DNA of 64,000 nt from NCBI GenBank assembly GCA_000092065.1, contig CP000581.1; one strand, given 5' to 3'. Both the position numbers and the translations under genes were made by a program. The notes beneath the pieces were generated by a model. That model was given only the letters and a program-made list of their open reading frames with translations, was not told the origin of the DNA and searched no databases. Of this stretch, positions 20,329-30,100 are shown in pieces. Positions within the stretch are counted from its first letter, which is position 1; the number at the start of each line of letters is the position of its first letter. Source of the stretch: Ostreococcus lucimarinus (taxonomy: Eukaryota).

Positions 20329-21300
20329 TCAGGCTTTGTAGCGCGCGTCGTCGGCGTAATACTCGGGGAAACCGACGGATTCTTGAAGCCTGGCGAACGT
20401 CGGGAGCGTCTCGTCGCGCGGGTAGCCCTCGAGTTTGATTTCTCTCAGCGCGCGTTCCATCGCGTTGACGCTCACGGCGAGCAGCGACAGGGGGTAGGCG
20501 ACGATGCTGAAGCCCATGTCCTCGAGCTCTTGCGGCGTGCAAATCGGCGTCGAACCGCCGCCTTCGAGCATGTTGGCCATCTTCGGCACGCCCGGGGCGA
20601 CTTTGCAAAACGCTCGCATCTCTTCCTTCGATCGCAGCGCGTCGACGAAGAGCGCGTCCGCGCCGACGTCGGCGAACGCCGCGGCGCGCCACAGCGCCTC
20701 ATCTAAATCCACCGCACTTCGCGAATCACTCCTCGCGAACACCACGATTCCCGATCCATCCTCGTCCCGCGCGTCGCACGCCGCTCGCACGCGCGTCGTC
20801 GCCTCCTCGCGCGATACCACTCGTCTATTCTTCGTGTGCCCGCACGCCTTCGGCGCCACCTGATCCTCTATCAATATACCCGCGAACCCAGCCTTGGCGT
20901 ACCCGCGCACCGTGCGCTTCGCGTTCATCGCGTTCCCGTACCCGTCGTCGCCGTCGCCGACGATTGGGAAACTCGCGCTCGTCGCGTCGTTGCACGTGCG
21001 CCCGACGTCCACCATCTCCCCGTACGAGATCAATCCGGTGTCTGGCAGCGCCAACCTCGACGCGGACACGCAGAATCCCGACATGAACGCGGCGGAGAAC
21101 CCGGCGCGTTCGATCAGGCGCGCGCTCAACGCGTCGTGCGCGCACGGCGCTTGCACGATTCGAGGCGACCGCAGGAGGTCTCGCAAGACTTTGGCGTGCG
21201 GTGCGACGACGGACGCGCCGTCGCTCGCGCGGCATCGCGCGTCGCGCCGAGCGCGATGCGCGACGCGCGACGACGCGCCGGGAGCGGCGGCGAGGGACAT
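20329..21300 (-). CDS. Isocitrate lyase/PEP mutase superfamily enzyme (2-methylisocitrate lyase / carboxyvinyl-carboxyphosphonate phosphorylmutase / petal-death-protein-like), probably organelle-targeted
   Basis: CAHDALSARLIERAGF…IVGDGDDGYGN…GFAGILIEDQVAPKACGH (the K(x)CGH catalytic motif)…EALWRAAAFADVGADALFVDA. N-terminus MSLAAAPGASSRVAHRARRDARCRASDGA looks like a presequence. Confidence 0.7.
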   Translation of the reverse strand: MSLAAAPGASSRVAHRARRDARCRASDGASVVAPHAKVLRDLLRSPRIVQAPCAHDALSARLIERAGFSAAFMSGFCVSASRLALPDTGLISYGEMVDVGRTCNDATSASFPIVGDGDDGYGNAMNAKRTVRGYAKAGFAGILIEDQVAPKACGHTKNRRVVSREEATTRVRAACDARDEDGSGIVVFARSDSRSAVDLDEALWRAAAFADVGADALFVDALRSKEEMRAFCKVAPGVPKMANMLEGGGSTPICTPQELEDMGFSIVAYPLSLLAVSVNAMERALREIKLEGYPRDETLPTFARLQESVGFPEYYADDARYKA

Positions 21301-21383
21301 CGCGCGAGGCGACGTCGAGTGCGGGCGGAGACTGGAACGACTTCGGTATTACGCGCGACGCTCGCGCGATTCGCGAGAAACGC

Positions 21384-22652
21384 CTATGATCGCGGCGTCG
21401 GCGTCGCCGAAGGCGACGACGCTAAGAACGACGCGTACTCGCGACCCACGTCGTTATCGGCGTCGGCACCGAATATTTGTTCGCCCGCCACGTGGGAATG
21501 GAGCAACGCGGTGAGCGGACCGGGCGATGGACCGTTCGCGTCTCCGCGAGGCGCGACGGTCGCCCCATCGCCCGCGACTCCTCGATCGCGCGGTTCGTCC
21601 GCGATTGGAATCTCTATCGAAAGGTTATTCTCGCGCGCGAACTCGCTCGAGCGCGTCTCGAAACTCGAGAGCGACGCGCGAGCGCCGCCGACGTCTCGAG
21701 CCGTCGGCGATCCAAGCCACTTAAAGCTGGGCGATAAAAGTTCCAAACCTTCGGGCGGTATGATGAGTGGATCGTCGTTTTCATCCACCAGTAAAGCAAC
21801 GTCTTCAAAAATATATCTATTCGCATCCGCATCCGCATCATCATCATCGTCGTCGTCGTACGGGCGTATTATCGCCCGTTGCGCTCGACTCGCCGCGCCG
21901 CCGTATTGATCGTCTATATCCATTTGACCATCGTCGACGCCGTATCCTCCATTCTCACGCCTAGCGCCCGAACGTCGACTCGCCCGACCTGGTTCGCTCG
22001 CAGACGACCCTTTACCGTGCCCTGACCGTTGCGCGCGGCTCGATTGCTTCGCCGACGCGCGCTCGCGCTTGACGCGCGCGTGCGCACGAAACATGGCTGA
22101 TTTCGACACGGGCGCTGGACTCGGCCCTAGTCGACCTTTACGCGAGAAAACGGGCTCAATGGGCTCTTTCCCTTTCGCTTTATCCGATCTCGTCGTGCCT
22201 TTCGCGTCTTCAAACTCTTCGCCTTCGCCTTCGCCTTCGTCTTCGTCATCGTCCTCAAAGTCTTCTTCGTCCTCGAATTCGTCCTCGTCTTCGAAACACG
22301 ACTCACTCTTCACCTTGCGCCACATGCTTCGACTCGTGCTCGCCTGCGCTCTTTCGCGCGCCGACGCCCCCTTTTGCGTCGAGAAGTGCTGATCGAACAA
22401 GTCCTGATTGTTCCTCGCCTCGTGCGCCTCGGCGCACTCGGTGTGAAATCGCCGCAGCACATCCTCGATGTCCCCAGACGAATACTGATACAACTTTTCG
22501 TTCGAGTTATAGATCACGAGCGCGATGTCGCAATCACACAACACGCTCAGCTCCATCGCCTTTTTCATCAACCCATTCTTCCGTTTCGTGAACGTCACCT
22601 GCCGGTTACGCTCGTCGACGATGCGCTCAATCTTAATCTTCTTCCGTCCCAT
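21384..22652 (-). CDS. MADS-box transcription factor, MEF2-like (type II) with an acidic/low-complexity C-terminus
   Basis: [59 protein letters not shown] is near-identical in pattern to the MEF2 MADS domain ([48 protein letters not shown]). Confidence 0.85.
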   Translation of the reverse strand: MGRKKIKIERIVDERNRQVTFTKRKNGLMKKAMELSVLCDCDIALVIYNSNEKLYQYSSGDIEDVLRRFHTECAEAHEARNNQDLFDQHFSTQKGASARERAQASTSRSMWRKVKSESCFEDEDEFEDEEDFEDDDEDEGEGEGEEFEDAKGTTRSDKAKGKEPIEPVFSRKGRLGPSPAPVSKSAMFRAHARVKRERASAKQSSRAQRSGHGKGSSASEPGRASRRSGARRENGGYGVDDGQMDIDDQYGGAASRAQRAIIRPYDDDDDDDADADANRYIFEDVALLVDENDDPLIIPPEGLELLSPSFKWLGSPTARDVGGARASLSSFETRSSEFARENNLSIEIPIADEPRDRGVAGDGATVAPRGDANGPSPGPLTALLHSHVAGEQIFGADADNDVGREYASFLASSPSATPTPRS

Positions 22653-23123
22653 ATCGTCCCAATCCCGTCCTCAACCCTCCCCCGCGCCACCGACGCGCGC
22701 GCGCGCGCCGTCTTTCCCGCGCCGCGTCTCCCGCGTCTCGCTCTCTCGCGCGAGCCCTCGCGTCCGCGCGTTCCCGCGCGTTCGCGCGAATCGACGCGCC
22801 GGTTGACCTCCCGCGTCCGCGCGCCTCGTCCCTCCTCTCGCGTCGCGTCGTCGCGCGCACGTCCTCGACGCCTCGCGCGCCGCGCGCGCCGCTCCCCCCG
22901 CGCGCCGTCGCCGCGCGCGCGCGTCGTCGCCTCGCGCGCGACGTCGCGCTCTGCGGTCAAAACCGCCCGCGCGTCGGTTTGACTGTTCGCGTCGCGGGGC
23001 GTCGCCCGCACACGCGGGTGTTTCGCGCGTCCCGCCCAACGGGCGATTCGCGACGCGCGCGCCACGTCGACGCGCGACGACCGGCGCGCGACGATCGAGG
23101 CGCGGGAAAACGGGCGCGGAAAG

Positions 23124-24716
23124 ATGGCGCGATCGTCCGCGCAGGCGTTCGTCGCGTACCGCGCGGCGTTCGAGCCCGGGAAGACGGGACGCGGACGATC
23201 GGTGAAGTACTTTCTCGTCGAGGCGGACGGGCGGGAGACGCTCGCGGCGTACGCGGACGAGAGCACGCCGGGAGACTCGCACTACACGTATAAGAATTGC
23301 GAGGAGTTCACGTCGTTCGGGACGCTGTGCTGTCATAATCGAAAGGCGCTGCACTCGTGGTTGGATTCGATCGTGCGGGCGTCGAGCGGGGTGGTGACGA
23401 CGGGACCGATTTCGACGGCGGCGGGGAAGAATAAGAGGGCGTCGGGGAAGAATAAGAAGAAACAAGGGAAGGCGAAACGGAGTGGAATGAGTGAGTTGGT
23501 GATGACGCACGAGGCGGCGACGTCTGGGGCGGCGGCGGCGGTGACGGTGTCGACGACGAAGCCGGACGGTTCGGCGAGATTCGTGAGTTACTCTCAGGAA
23601 AAGTTTACGTTTCCCGATGGTCGGCGAGGGGTGCGGTTTTACGTCATGGACGAGGTTGGAACGCCGACGCTTGCGGTGTTGGGAGAGGAGCGCGAGACGC
23701 GAGATGGTCACTATCAATACAAGCGGGTCGATACGTTTACGGCGGGCGCGCCGCTTCGATGCGGCAACTTGAGCGGCGTGCACAAGTGGTTGAAAGATCA
23801 CATCGCCGGTGGGCAACTGGTCGGGGTAAACTTTCCGTACTCTAGCGTGGCACATGGGCAGGATAACGGCGCGGCGGCGAGCGCGGCAGCGTTAGCGCGA
23901 AGAAAGCGCGGCGACATCGCCGACGGCGTCAGCCTCATCGACCCCGCAGTCACTTTTCAAACAAAGGTTGAAGAGCGCGAAGCGCAATGGGCGCTCGCGC
24001 GTCGAGGCGCGCTGGCATATGTGCGCGAGCCGACGCATCCCGATCATGTAGCGGAACTGAAAGAGATCGTGCCCGTGTTAAAGGCGGCGAAGGCGGAGAA
24101 CAAAGCCGCCGTGAAGGATTTGCTCTCCGTCATCGAAGCCTTTCGTGCGCTCAACTCCGTGTACGTATCTTTACACACGCTCGATAGCATGGACATCAAA
24201 GATGTCGTCGTGGGTTTGCAAAAACACCCGAATGAGACGATTTCTCAGCTCGCGACGAAGAGTGTCCGGCAGTGGCTCGGGTCGTTGTACAGTCACATCG
24301 GCACGTTGGCGAGCGTGTACGAGCGCCCCAAGCCGTTGCCTCCGAGAAATAAGGTGGGCTACGGACCCCCGAAAGATGAAGTGAACAATGAAGGGCAAGA
24401 TAAATCAAATTCGCCTCTTAGTTTGCGGCAACGCACCGGCGTGGCGACGCCGACAGTCTCAGGCGCGAAACGCGCTGCAGACGTCGTGCTCCCGACGACT
24501 TCTAGCCAGTGCAGCCCGCCGCCGAAAATGCAAAAGACGAATTCCGGTTTGCCAGGATGTACGCCTCTCGGCAAAGGTCACAAACTGTGCCCGCAGTGCG
24601 CTGGAACGTGCGGTTCGCCGACTCGCGTGTGTCCCCACTGCGGCTCGGCGCTGCCCTACAAGTCTCCACCCAAGGACAAAAAAGATGGTGAACCAGTGCC
24701 CAAGAAGAAGGTATGA
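23124..24716 (+). CDS. TFIIS N-terminal (LW) domain protein with two tandem ~75-aa N-terminal repeats and a C-terminal zinc ribbon
   Basis: Two repeats (FVAYRAAFEPGKTGRGRSVKYFLVEADG…HYTYKNCEEF and FVSYSQEKFTFPDGRRGVRFYVMDEVG…HYQYKRVDTF). Then LKEIVPVLKAAKAENKAAVKDLLSVIEAFRALNSVYVSLHTLDSMDIKDVVVGLQKHPNETISQLATKSVRQWL (the TFIIS-N/Med26/IWS1-type helical bundle). C-terminal CPQCAGTCGSPTRVCPHCGSAL. Confidence 0.55.
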   Translation: MARSSAQAFVAYRAAFEPGKTGRGRSVKYFLVEADGRETLAAYADESTPGDSHYTYKNCEEFTSFGTLCCHNRKALHSWLDSIVRASSGVVTTGPISTAAGKNKRASGKNKKKQGKAKRSGMSELVMTHEAATSGAAAAVTVSTTKPDGSARFVSYSQEKFTFPDGRRGVRFYVMDEVGTPTLAVLGEERETRDGHYQYKRVDTFTAGAPLRCGNLSGVHKWLKDHIAGGQLVGVNFPYSSVAHGQDNGAAASAAALARRKRGDIADGVSLIDPAVTFQTKVEEREAQWALARRGALAYVREPTHPDHVAELKEIVPVLKAAKAENKAAVKDLLSVIEAFRALNSVYVSLHTLDSMDIKDVVVGLQKHPNETISQLATKSVRQWLGSLYSHIGTLASVYERPKPLPPRNKVGYGPPKDEVNNEGQDKSNSPLSLRQRTGVATPTVSGAKRAADVVLPTTSSQCSPPPKMQKTNSGLPGCTPLGKGHKLCPQCAGTCGSPTRVCPHCGSALPYKSPPKDKKDGEPVPKKKV

Positions 24717-24776
24717 CTGCGAGATTTAGCAAATAGCACATCTGATGGTTAAAAGAATGACTAAGGTCTAGAGTAT

Positions 24777-26963
24777 TTACACAAACGTGCCGGCGTTTTT
24801 CTCGATCCACGCGCGACAGTGCTTGCCCTTCACGGCGATGAGTTCGGCGGAACCGACTTCGCCGATTTCAAACTTGACGTTAGCCGCACGAAGGACAGTT
24901 TCGATCGCCAACAATCGACGCTGGGCACCGTTTTTACCCGGCTTTACCTTACCCGCGTAGATGAACATGGCGGATGGTACTTGATCGCTCGAAAGCGTGG
25001 ACATGCGTTCGAGCAGGACGAGCGTCGCCACCGTAGCTTCGGTGCGCGACAGCTGGTTCATGTTTATCGTACAAGACTCAGACTCCGCTTCGCGCGTCGA
25101 CAGTACGACTGACAAGTCTTCGTACACACCGTGTTCAACGCCCTGAGCGTAGATTTCGCGCAACTTCGCAACCTGGGCGCTGTGCACGAAGGATGCGTCG
25201 TCGCCTGATTCGAGCGATTGTTTCGCCATGGCGAGCTCTGCGCCGCCGCCGCCGATGAACGCATCGAAAACCGTCGTGTACGTCTCCCGATTCGGAGTTA
25301 ACGAACTATTCACTTCGGATTGCTTCTGCATCACGCGAAAGTACTCCATCGCCTCTTCGCTACGGTTCGCACGCCCGAGGGCGTTGATCAAGACGTTGAA
25401 CAAGATGCGGTTTGGCTCGACGCCCGCGGCGCGCATTTCCTCATACACCTTTATCGCAGTTGCCGCATCGCGCGCCTTAGCGCATGTAGCGATCAAACTA
25501 CCATACGTGATCACGTCTGGTTCAACGCCAAGCTTTTTCATCGCGTCATAAAGCTCGAGAGTTGCTTGTACCGATGTAGAGTCCTCCTTGGCGTTCAATC
25601 CCGCAGCGTGAATCAATCGATTTAACGTGCCGACTTGGATTTCAATACCAGAATCCCGCATGTGGCTGAACGCGTCAAACGCCATCTCGGGTTTACCCGC
25701 TTTACACGCGGCGTCGATGAGTAGTGAGTACGTGCTCCTGTCCGGCGTCACGTTGCCTTTCGTTTGCATTTCTTCAAAAATTTCAAACGCCGCCTCCACG
25801 CGCGGTTGCGGTGCGTTCACGCAAGCACTCAAAAGTGTGTTGTACGTCACCTTTCGTGGCATGAGTCCGTTCGACTTCATCTGCACAAAAACTTCCAAAG
25901 CTTGCGCGAGAAGTCCGCTTCGTGCCATGGAATCGAGGGCAGTCTCGTACGTTTGTCTCGCCGGCGTGATCCCCTCTTCGATGAGTTCATCGAAAGTGCG
26001 CACCGCCAGGTCGTGCTGATTCGCGCGATGTGCGGCAACGATGAGAGTGTGATACGCCGCCGGCGCTGGGTCGACATCTTCGTTGAGCATCTCTTCAAAA
26101 AGACGACACGTGCGAATGAGTCGCTCCTGTGGCCCCTTTCGCTTTCCCATGTCGTTGTCCGCCAACGCGCGCAGAAGCGTCACGTAAAGCTTCGAGCTCA
26201 CCGGCAACCCGACATAGCGCATATCATCTTTGATACGAAGCGCGTCCTTGAACATCTCAGCCTTGAGCGCCAACTCGATGGCCAGATGAAACGTACGTCC
26301 CGTCATGCGCACTTGCGCCTCCGTCATCGCGTCGTACACCTGCACCGCACGTTCGGGCGAGCCAACGTTTTGACACACGAGCATCACCGCTACGTACGTG
26401 CTCTCCACGGGCTCCAACCCCGCGTCTCGCATTTCCTTCACCAAACCGAGCACTTCCTCCATGCTCGCGCATCGCCGCAACACGTCGTTGCACTTCGTCA
26501 CCGCCCCCGCGTCGTTCGCGTTCACCCCCTCTTCGTACAAAAACGACAACCGCGCGTCCGTCCCGCCTCTCGCACCACCACTCGCGGCCTCCTCGCGCAC
26601 CGCCCGCACCGCCGTGCGCTTCTCCCGTCGACTCGCCTTTTGCTTATCCAACCTCTCGAACGCGTCGTCGTCCATCGTCCCTCGAAACACGTCGTCCCTC
26701 CGCGCCCGCCCGCCCGTCTTCGGCGTCGCGCGCGTCGACTCTTCCTCCTCGCAAAAGCTCTCCATCGCGTTCAGCACGTCCTCCGCGCCGAGATCGTCCG
26801 CGAGCGCGCCGCGCGCTTCCGCGCGCCGCGCCGCGCGTCCCGCTCGACGCGCATCGCCCGCCCTCCCCGCGCGCGCCGTCGACGTCGCGCGCGCGCGCCC
26901 GCGCGCCGTCGACGTCGCGCGCGCGCGCATCGTCACCTTCGCCGTCGCTCGCGCGGTCGCCAT
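24777..26963 (-). CDS. Pentatricopeptide-repeat (PPR) protein, organelle-targeted, possibly with a degenerate C-terminal Smr-like domain
   Basis: Many 35-aa helical repeats with the P-type PPR signature (…TYNTLLSAC…, VTYGSLIATCAKA…, ILFNVLINALGRA…). The N-terminus MATARATAKVTMRARATSTARG is presequence-like. The C-terminal ~120 aa are non-PPR. Confidence 0.7.
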   Translation of the reverse strand: MATARATAKVTMRARATSTARGRARATSTARAGRAGDARRAGRAARRAEARGALADDLGAEDVLNAMESFCEEEESTRATPKTGGRARRDDVFRGTMDDDAFERLDKQKASRREKRTAVRAVREEAASGGARGGTDARLSFLYEEGVNANDAGAVTKCNDVLRRCASMEEVLGLVKEMRDAGLEPVESTYVAVMLVCQNVGSPERAVQVYDAMTEAQVRMTGRTFHLAIELALKAEMFKDALRIKDDMRYVGLPVSSKLYVTLLRALADNDMGKRKGPQERLIRTCRLFEEMLNEDVDPAPAAYHTLIVAAHRANQHDLAVRTFDELIEEGITPARQTYETALDSMARSGLLAQALEVFVQMKSNGLMPRKVTYNTLLSACVNAPQPRVEAAFEIFEEMQTKGNVTPDRSTYSLLIDAACKAGKPEMAFDAFSHMRDSGIEIQVGTLNRLIHAAGLNAKEDSTSVQATLELYDAMKKLGVEPDVITYGSLIATCAKARDAATAIKVYEEMRAAGVEPNRILFNVLINALGRANRSEEAMEYFRVMQKQSEVNSSLTPNRETYTTVFDAFIGGGGAELAMAKQSLESGDDASFVHSAQVAKLREIYAQGVEHGVYEDLSVVLSTREAESESCTINMNQLSRTEATVATLVLLERMSTLSSDQVPSAMFIYAGKVKPGKNGAQRRLLAIETVLRAANVKFEIGEVGSAELIAVKGKHCRAWIEKNAGTFV

Positions 26964-27156
26964 CGCGCGCGCGTCGCGGCGTCGCGCGATGGCGACGCGC
27001 GCGCGTCGGCCGCGGCTGACGTCACCGCGCGCGGCGACCGACCGACCGTTTTCGCGATCCGAACGAGCGATGTCAAAGTAGCTATAACCGCGACAGCGTT
27101 GGTTCTCGCGCTGACACAAACGATGTAGTCATTGTAAAACAATCTAAGCGCCTAAT

Positions 27157-28620
27157 CTAGTCCTCCCTCGAAGGTTTCTTCTTATCCGCGGCGACGTAGC
27201 CGCTTCGCGTGCTCATGAGGGAGGTGTCCTTTCGCACGACTTCATCCTTGGCGGTGGTGATTTTAGCGGCGCGGCCCTTCTCGCCGTATGCATGCGTGAG
27301 CATGGATTTCCACGTGCGCGTGTCGGTATCTTGCGAACGCCATCCATCTTTGGATTGCGCGGAGCTTCCCGGATCGTTGCCGTCGCCGAGCATGAGCGCG
27401 GGGACGGCTTTGTCGATGGTGCCGAGCCGAGCCTCAGCTTTGAGCAATTCTGCCTTGTCGCTACCGTTCACGCCAGAGTTGAAATCTAAAGAAAGCGATG
27501 GCGTCGTCGGGTACGCGCGTTGCGCGTACGTCATCAAACGCTTGACGCTTTGCAGGTATTTCCGTGTCTCTTCGTCGTGCATGGCGTGCGCTTGCGACGA
27601 CGCGCCAATCTTCTCTCGGGCGCTACGGGCGTGGATACCGACCATTGTAACCCCGATAGGCCACGCAGCGTTGCCGATCGCAATTCCGACGTACGCGTCG
27701 GCGGCTTTCTTGTAATTTCTTTGCTTCATCGCTTGCATGATGAGGTAAAGAGCGCGCTCAACGTCGCCGGGAAGCAAACGACGCTTGATGCGCTTAAACA
27801 GTGGCTTCAAATGCTGCTTCAACGTGCGAAACGTCGAAATCGATTGACGACCTTCGTGAGTGTAGCACCACTCCTCAGACTTCGCGTCGAGCTCGGCTTC
27901 CCACTCCGCGACGAGAGATTTGAAGTACGCAGCCACTTGGTCTATGGGTTCCTTGTCCTCGGCCTCGCGTTGCTTCTTCAGCTTTTGCGCCGCTTTCGCG
28001 AACGCGTCCATGAGTGCTTTCTCCTCGACTACCTCAGGCTCATCATCATCGACGACTTCCGCGCCTCCATCGCCCGCGACGCCCTTTAGCGACCTTTCTT
28101 TCGCCTTTAAGCTCTGTTCCTTCTTCTTTCGCGCGAACGCCTCGACGTGCTCGGCGTCCAACAACTTTTCATTCACCTGCGTCGCCGTCGTCGTCGTCTC
28201 GTCCACGATCGCGAAATTTTTCGTCGCCACTTTCAATCGAAAAATCCTATCCTCCCTCGTCTCCCCGAACATCGTCGCCGGTTGCCCGAGCGTGCGCAAC
28301 CGCGCCACGGCTTCGTCGTTCGTCAACGCGTCCAGCGCCGCGTCCGCCTCTTCGTCCTCCAGCACGCGCGTCACCACCGCCGCCGTCGCCGCGATCGCTT
28401 TTCCATCATCCTCGCGCGCGCGTTTCGCCCCCGTCACCCTCCCCGCGCCGTCCGCGTCCGCGTCGGCGCCGTCGTTTTCCCCATCCACCGGCGCCGCCGA
28501 CGCCTCGCGCTGAAGATCGCCGCGTCGGGCGTACTTCTTCCCGCCGCTCGACGACGCCGCCGCCGCGCGCGCCGCGCGTTCGGCTCTCAACCGCGCGATC
28601 TCCGCGCTCGCGATGTCCAT
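27157..28620 (-). CDS. PRP18: Pre-mRNA splicing factor Prp18
   Basis: N-terminus MDIASAEIARLRAERA (cf. MDILKSEILRKRQ). The central SFM/Prp4-binding-like region and the C-terminal Prp18 domain with IGNAAWPIGVTMVGIHARSAREKI are characteristic of Prp18. Confidence 0.7.
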   Translation of the reverse strand: MDIASAEIARLRAERAARAAAASSSGGKKYARRGDLQREASAAPVDGENDGADADADGAGRVTGAKRAREDDGKAIAATAAVVTRVLEDEEADAALDALTNDEAVARLRTLGQPATMFGETREDRIFRLKVATKNFAIVDETTTTATQVNEKLLDAEHVEAFARKKKEQSLKAKERSLKGVAGDGGAEVVDDDEPEVVEEKALMDAFAKAAQKLKKQREAEDKEPIDQVAAYFKSLVAEWEAELDAKSEEWCYTHEGRQSISTFRTLKQHLKPLFKRIKRRLLPGDVERALYLIMQAMKQRNYKKAADAYVGIAIGNAAWPIGVTMVGIHARSAREKIGASSQAHAMHDEETRKYLQSVKRLMTYAQRAYPTTPSLSLDFNSGVNGSDKAELLKAEARLGTIDKAVPALMLGDGNDPGSSAQSKDGWRSQDTDTRTWKSMLTHAYGEKGRAAKITTAKDEVVRKDTSLMSTRSGYVAADKKKPSRED

Positions 28621-28732
28621 CGCGCGCCGCGTCGTCGTGTGCGGCGTCGCGCGGATTCGTCAGACTGTTTGCCCACGGGGCTGATTTTCCCGCCAAACGC
28701 GGTGTCGAGTTTGAATCGGCGTCACTCCCGCG

Positions 28733-29993
28733 CATGCTGTCGCGCGAAGGCCGCAAGACGATCGCCGACGTCACGCGCGCGCGAACGATCGAAAGCCTGA
28801 CGAACGGTCTGCGACGAATGCTGGGACACGCGCGAGGCGTGCACGCGACGACGACGCGATCGAGCGAAATGAGAACGATGCGACACTTGAAGAAGATTAC
28901 CGCGACGATTCGCGGCGCGACGACGCCGTTGCGCGCGACGCGCGCGCAGACGACGGGTCGGGAACACGCGAGACGGACGTTTGCGGCGCAGGCGCAGTTT
29001 GTGAATAACCGGGGGTCGTACACGCCCGCGGGACCGAGGTCGGCGCGCGCGCAATCGTACGGAGGAGATCCGCAGACGCAGACGACGGCGCCGCCGAGCG
29101 TCGTCACGTGGACGCCGGAATTGGCGAACTCGGTGACGATCATCGGTAACGTCGGCGCTGATCCGGAGATTCGGCACTTCTCCAGCGGAACGTGCGTGGC
29201 GAACGTGCGATTGGCTGTGAACGGCGGGCGTAAAGCCGAAATGACGGACGGCGCCGTGGAGGAGGACAAGACGAACTGGTTTGCGGTGGACATTTGGGGC
29301 GAGGAGGCGATGCGCATGGCCGAACACGTGAGTAAGGGCAAGACGATTTGCGTGCAAGGTCAGTTGAAGACGGACACGTGGACGGACAAAGACACAGGGG
29401 CACCGCGTTCCCGAGTGAAGATTGTGGCGAAAAACTTTTCCTTTGTGCAGAGCGCCAAGGCGCAGCAAGGTGGTGGTGGCTACGGGCAGCAACAACAATC
29501 TGGTGGCTACGGCAGCGACATGGCCCCAGCTGCGACGCGCCAACAGTCATCGCCGCCGCCGCAACAGCGCCAGCAACCGCCGCAACAGACAGGCATGCCC
29601 CCGGGCGCGTCTCCGAAGGAGGCGCTCTGGCGTTCGCTCGCCGAGGCTCCGGACACGTGGTGGGACAACCGCGATCGAAAGTCTCAACCAGGTGCAAACC
29701 CACGTTCGCCTGATTTCAAGCATAAGGAAACCGGCGAGGCGTTGTGGGTCGAAAGCCGTGATACTCCCGCGTGGGTGCTGGAAACGTTGGGCGGCGGCGC
29801 GCAACAATCGAGGCAGCAGGACTCGGACGCGTACACGGGCGCCTCCAATCCGGCGGCGTATGAACCGGACTATAACCAACCGTACGGTACGCAAGTCCCG
29901 CAAGCTCAGTATGCCGGTGGTTACCAACCGCTCGACAACGACGGTTACGAGCCTGTCGAGCAACACTTCAACCAAGACGACCCACCGTTTTAA
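28733..29993 (+). CDS. ssb: Organellar (bacterial-type) single-stranded DNA-binding protein with presequence, Gln-rich linker and conserved acidic C-terminal tip
   Basis: The presequence MLSREGRKTIADVTRARTIESLTNGLRRMLGHARG is R/S/T-rich. The OB fold VTIIGNVGADPEIRHFSSGTCVANVRLAVN…WFAVDIWGEEA is SSB-like. A Q/G-rich linker follows, and the C-terminus …DNDGYEPVEQHFNQDDPPF matches the bacterial SSB tip (…DDDIPF). Confidence 0.75.
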
Positions 29994-30100
29994 GCGCCCG
30001 CCGATGACCTACAAGATTTTACCAACAAAAGCGAAAGTTTTAACGAATTGTGAATAAAAAGGAACGCTCGCTCGATTAAATATTGCAAAGTCTACGTTCT

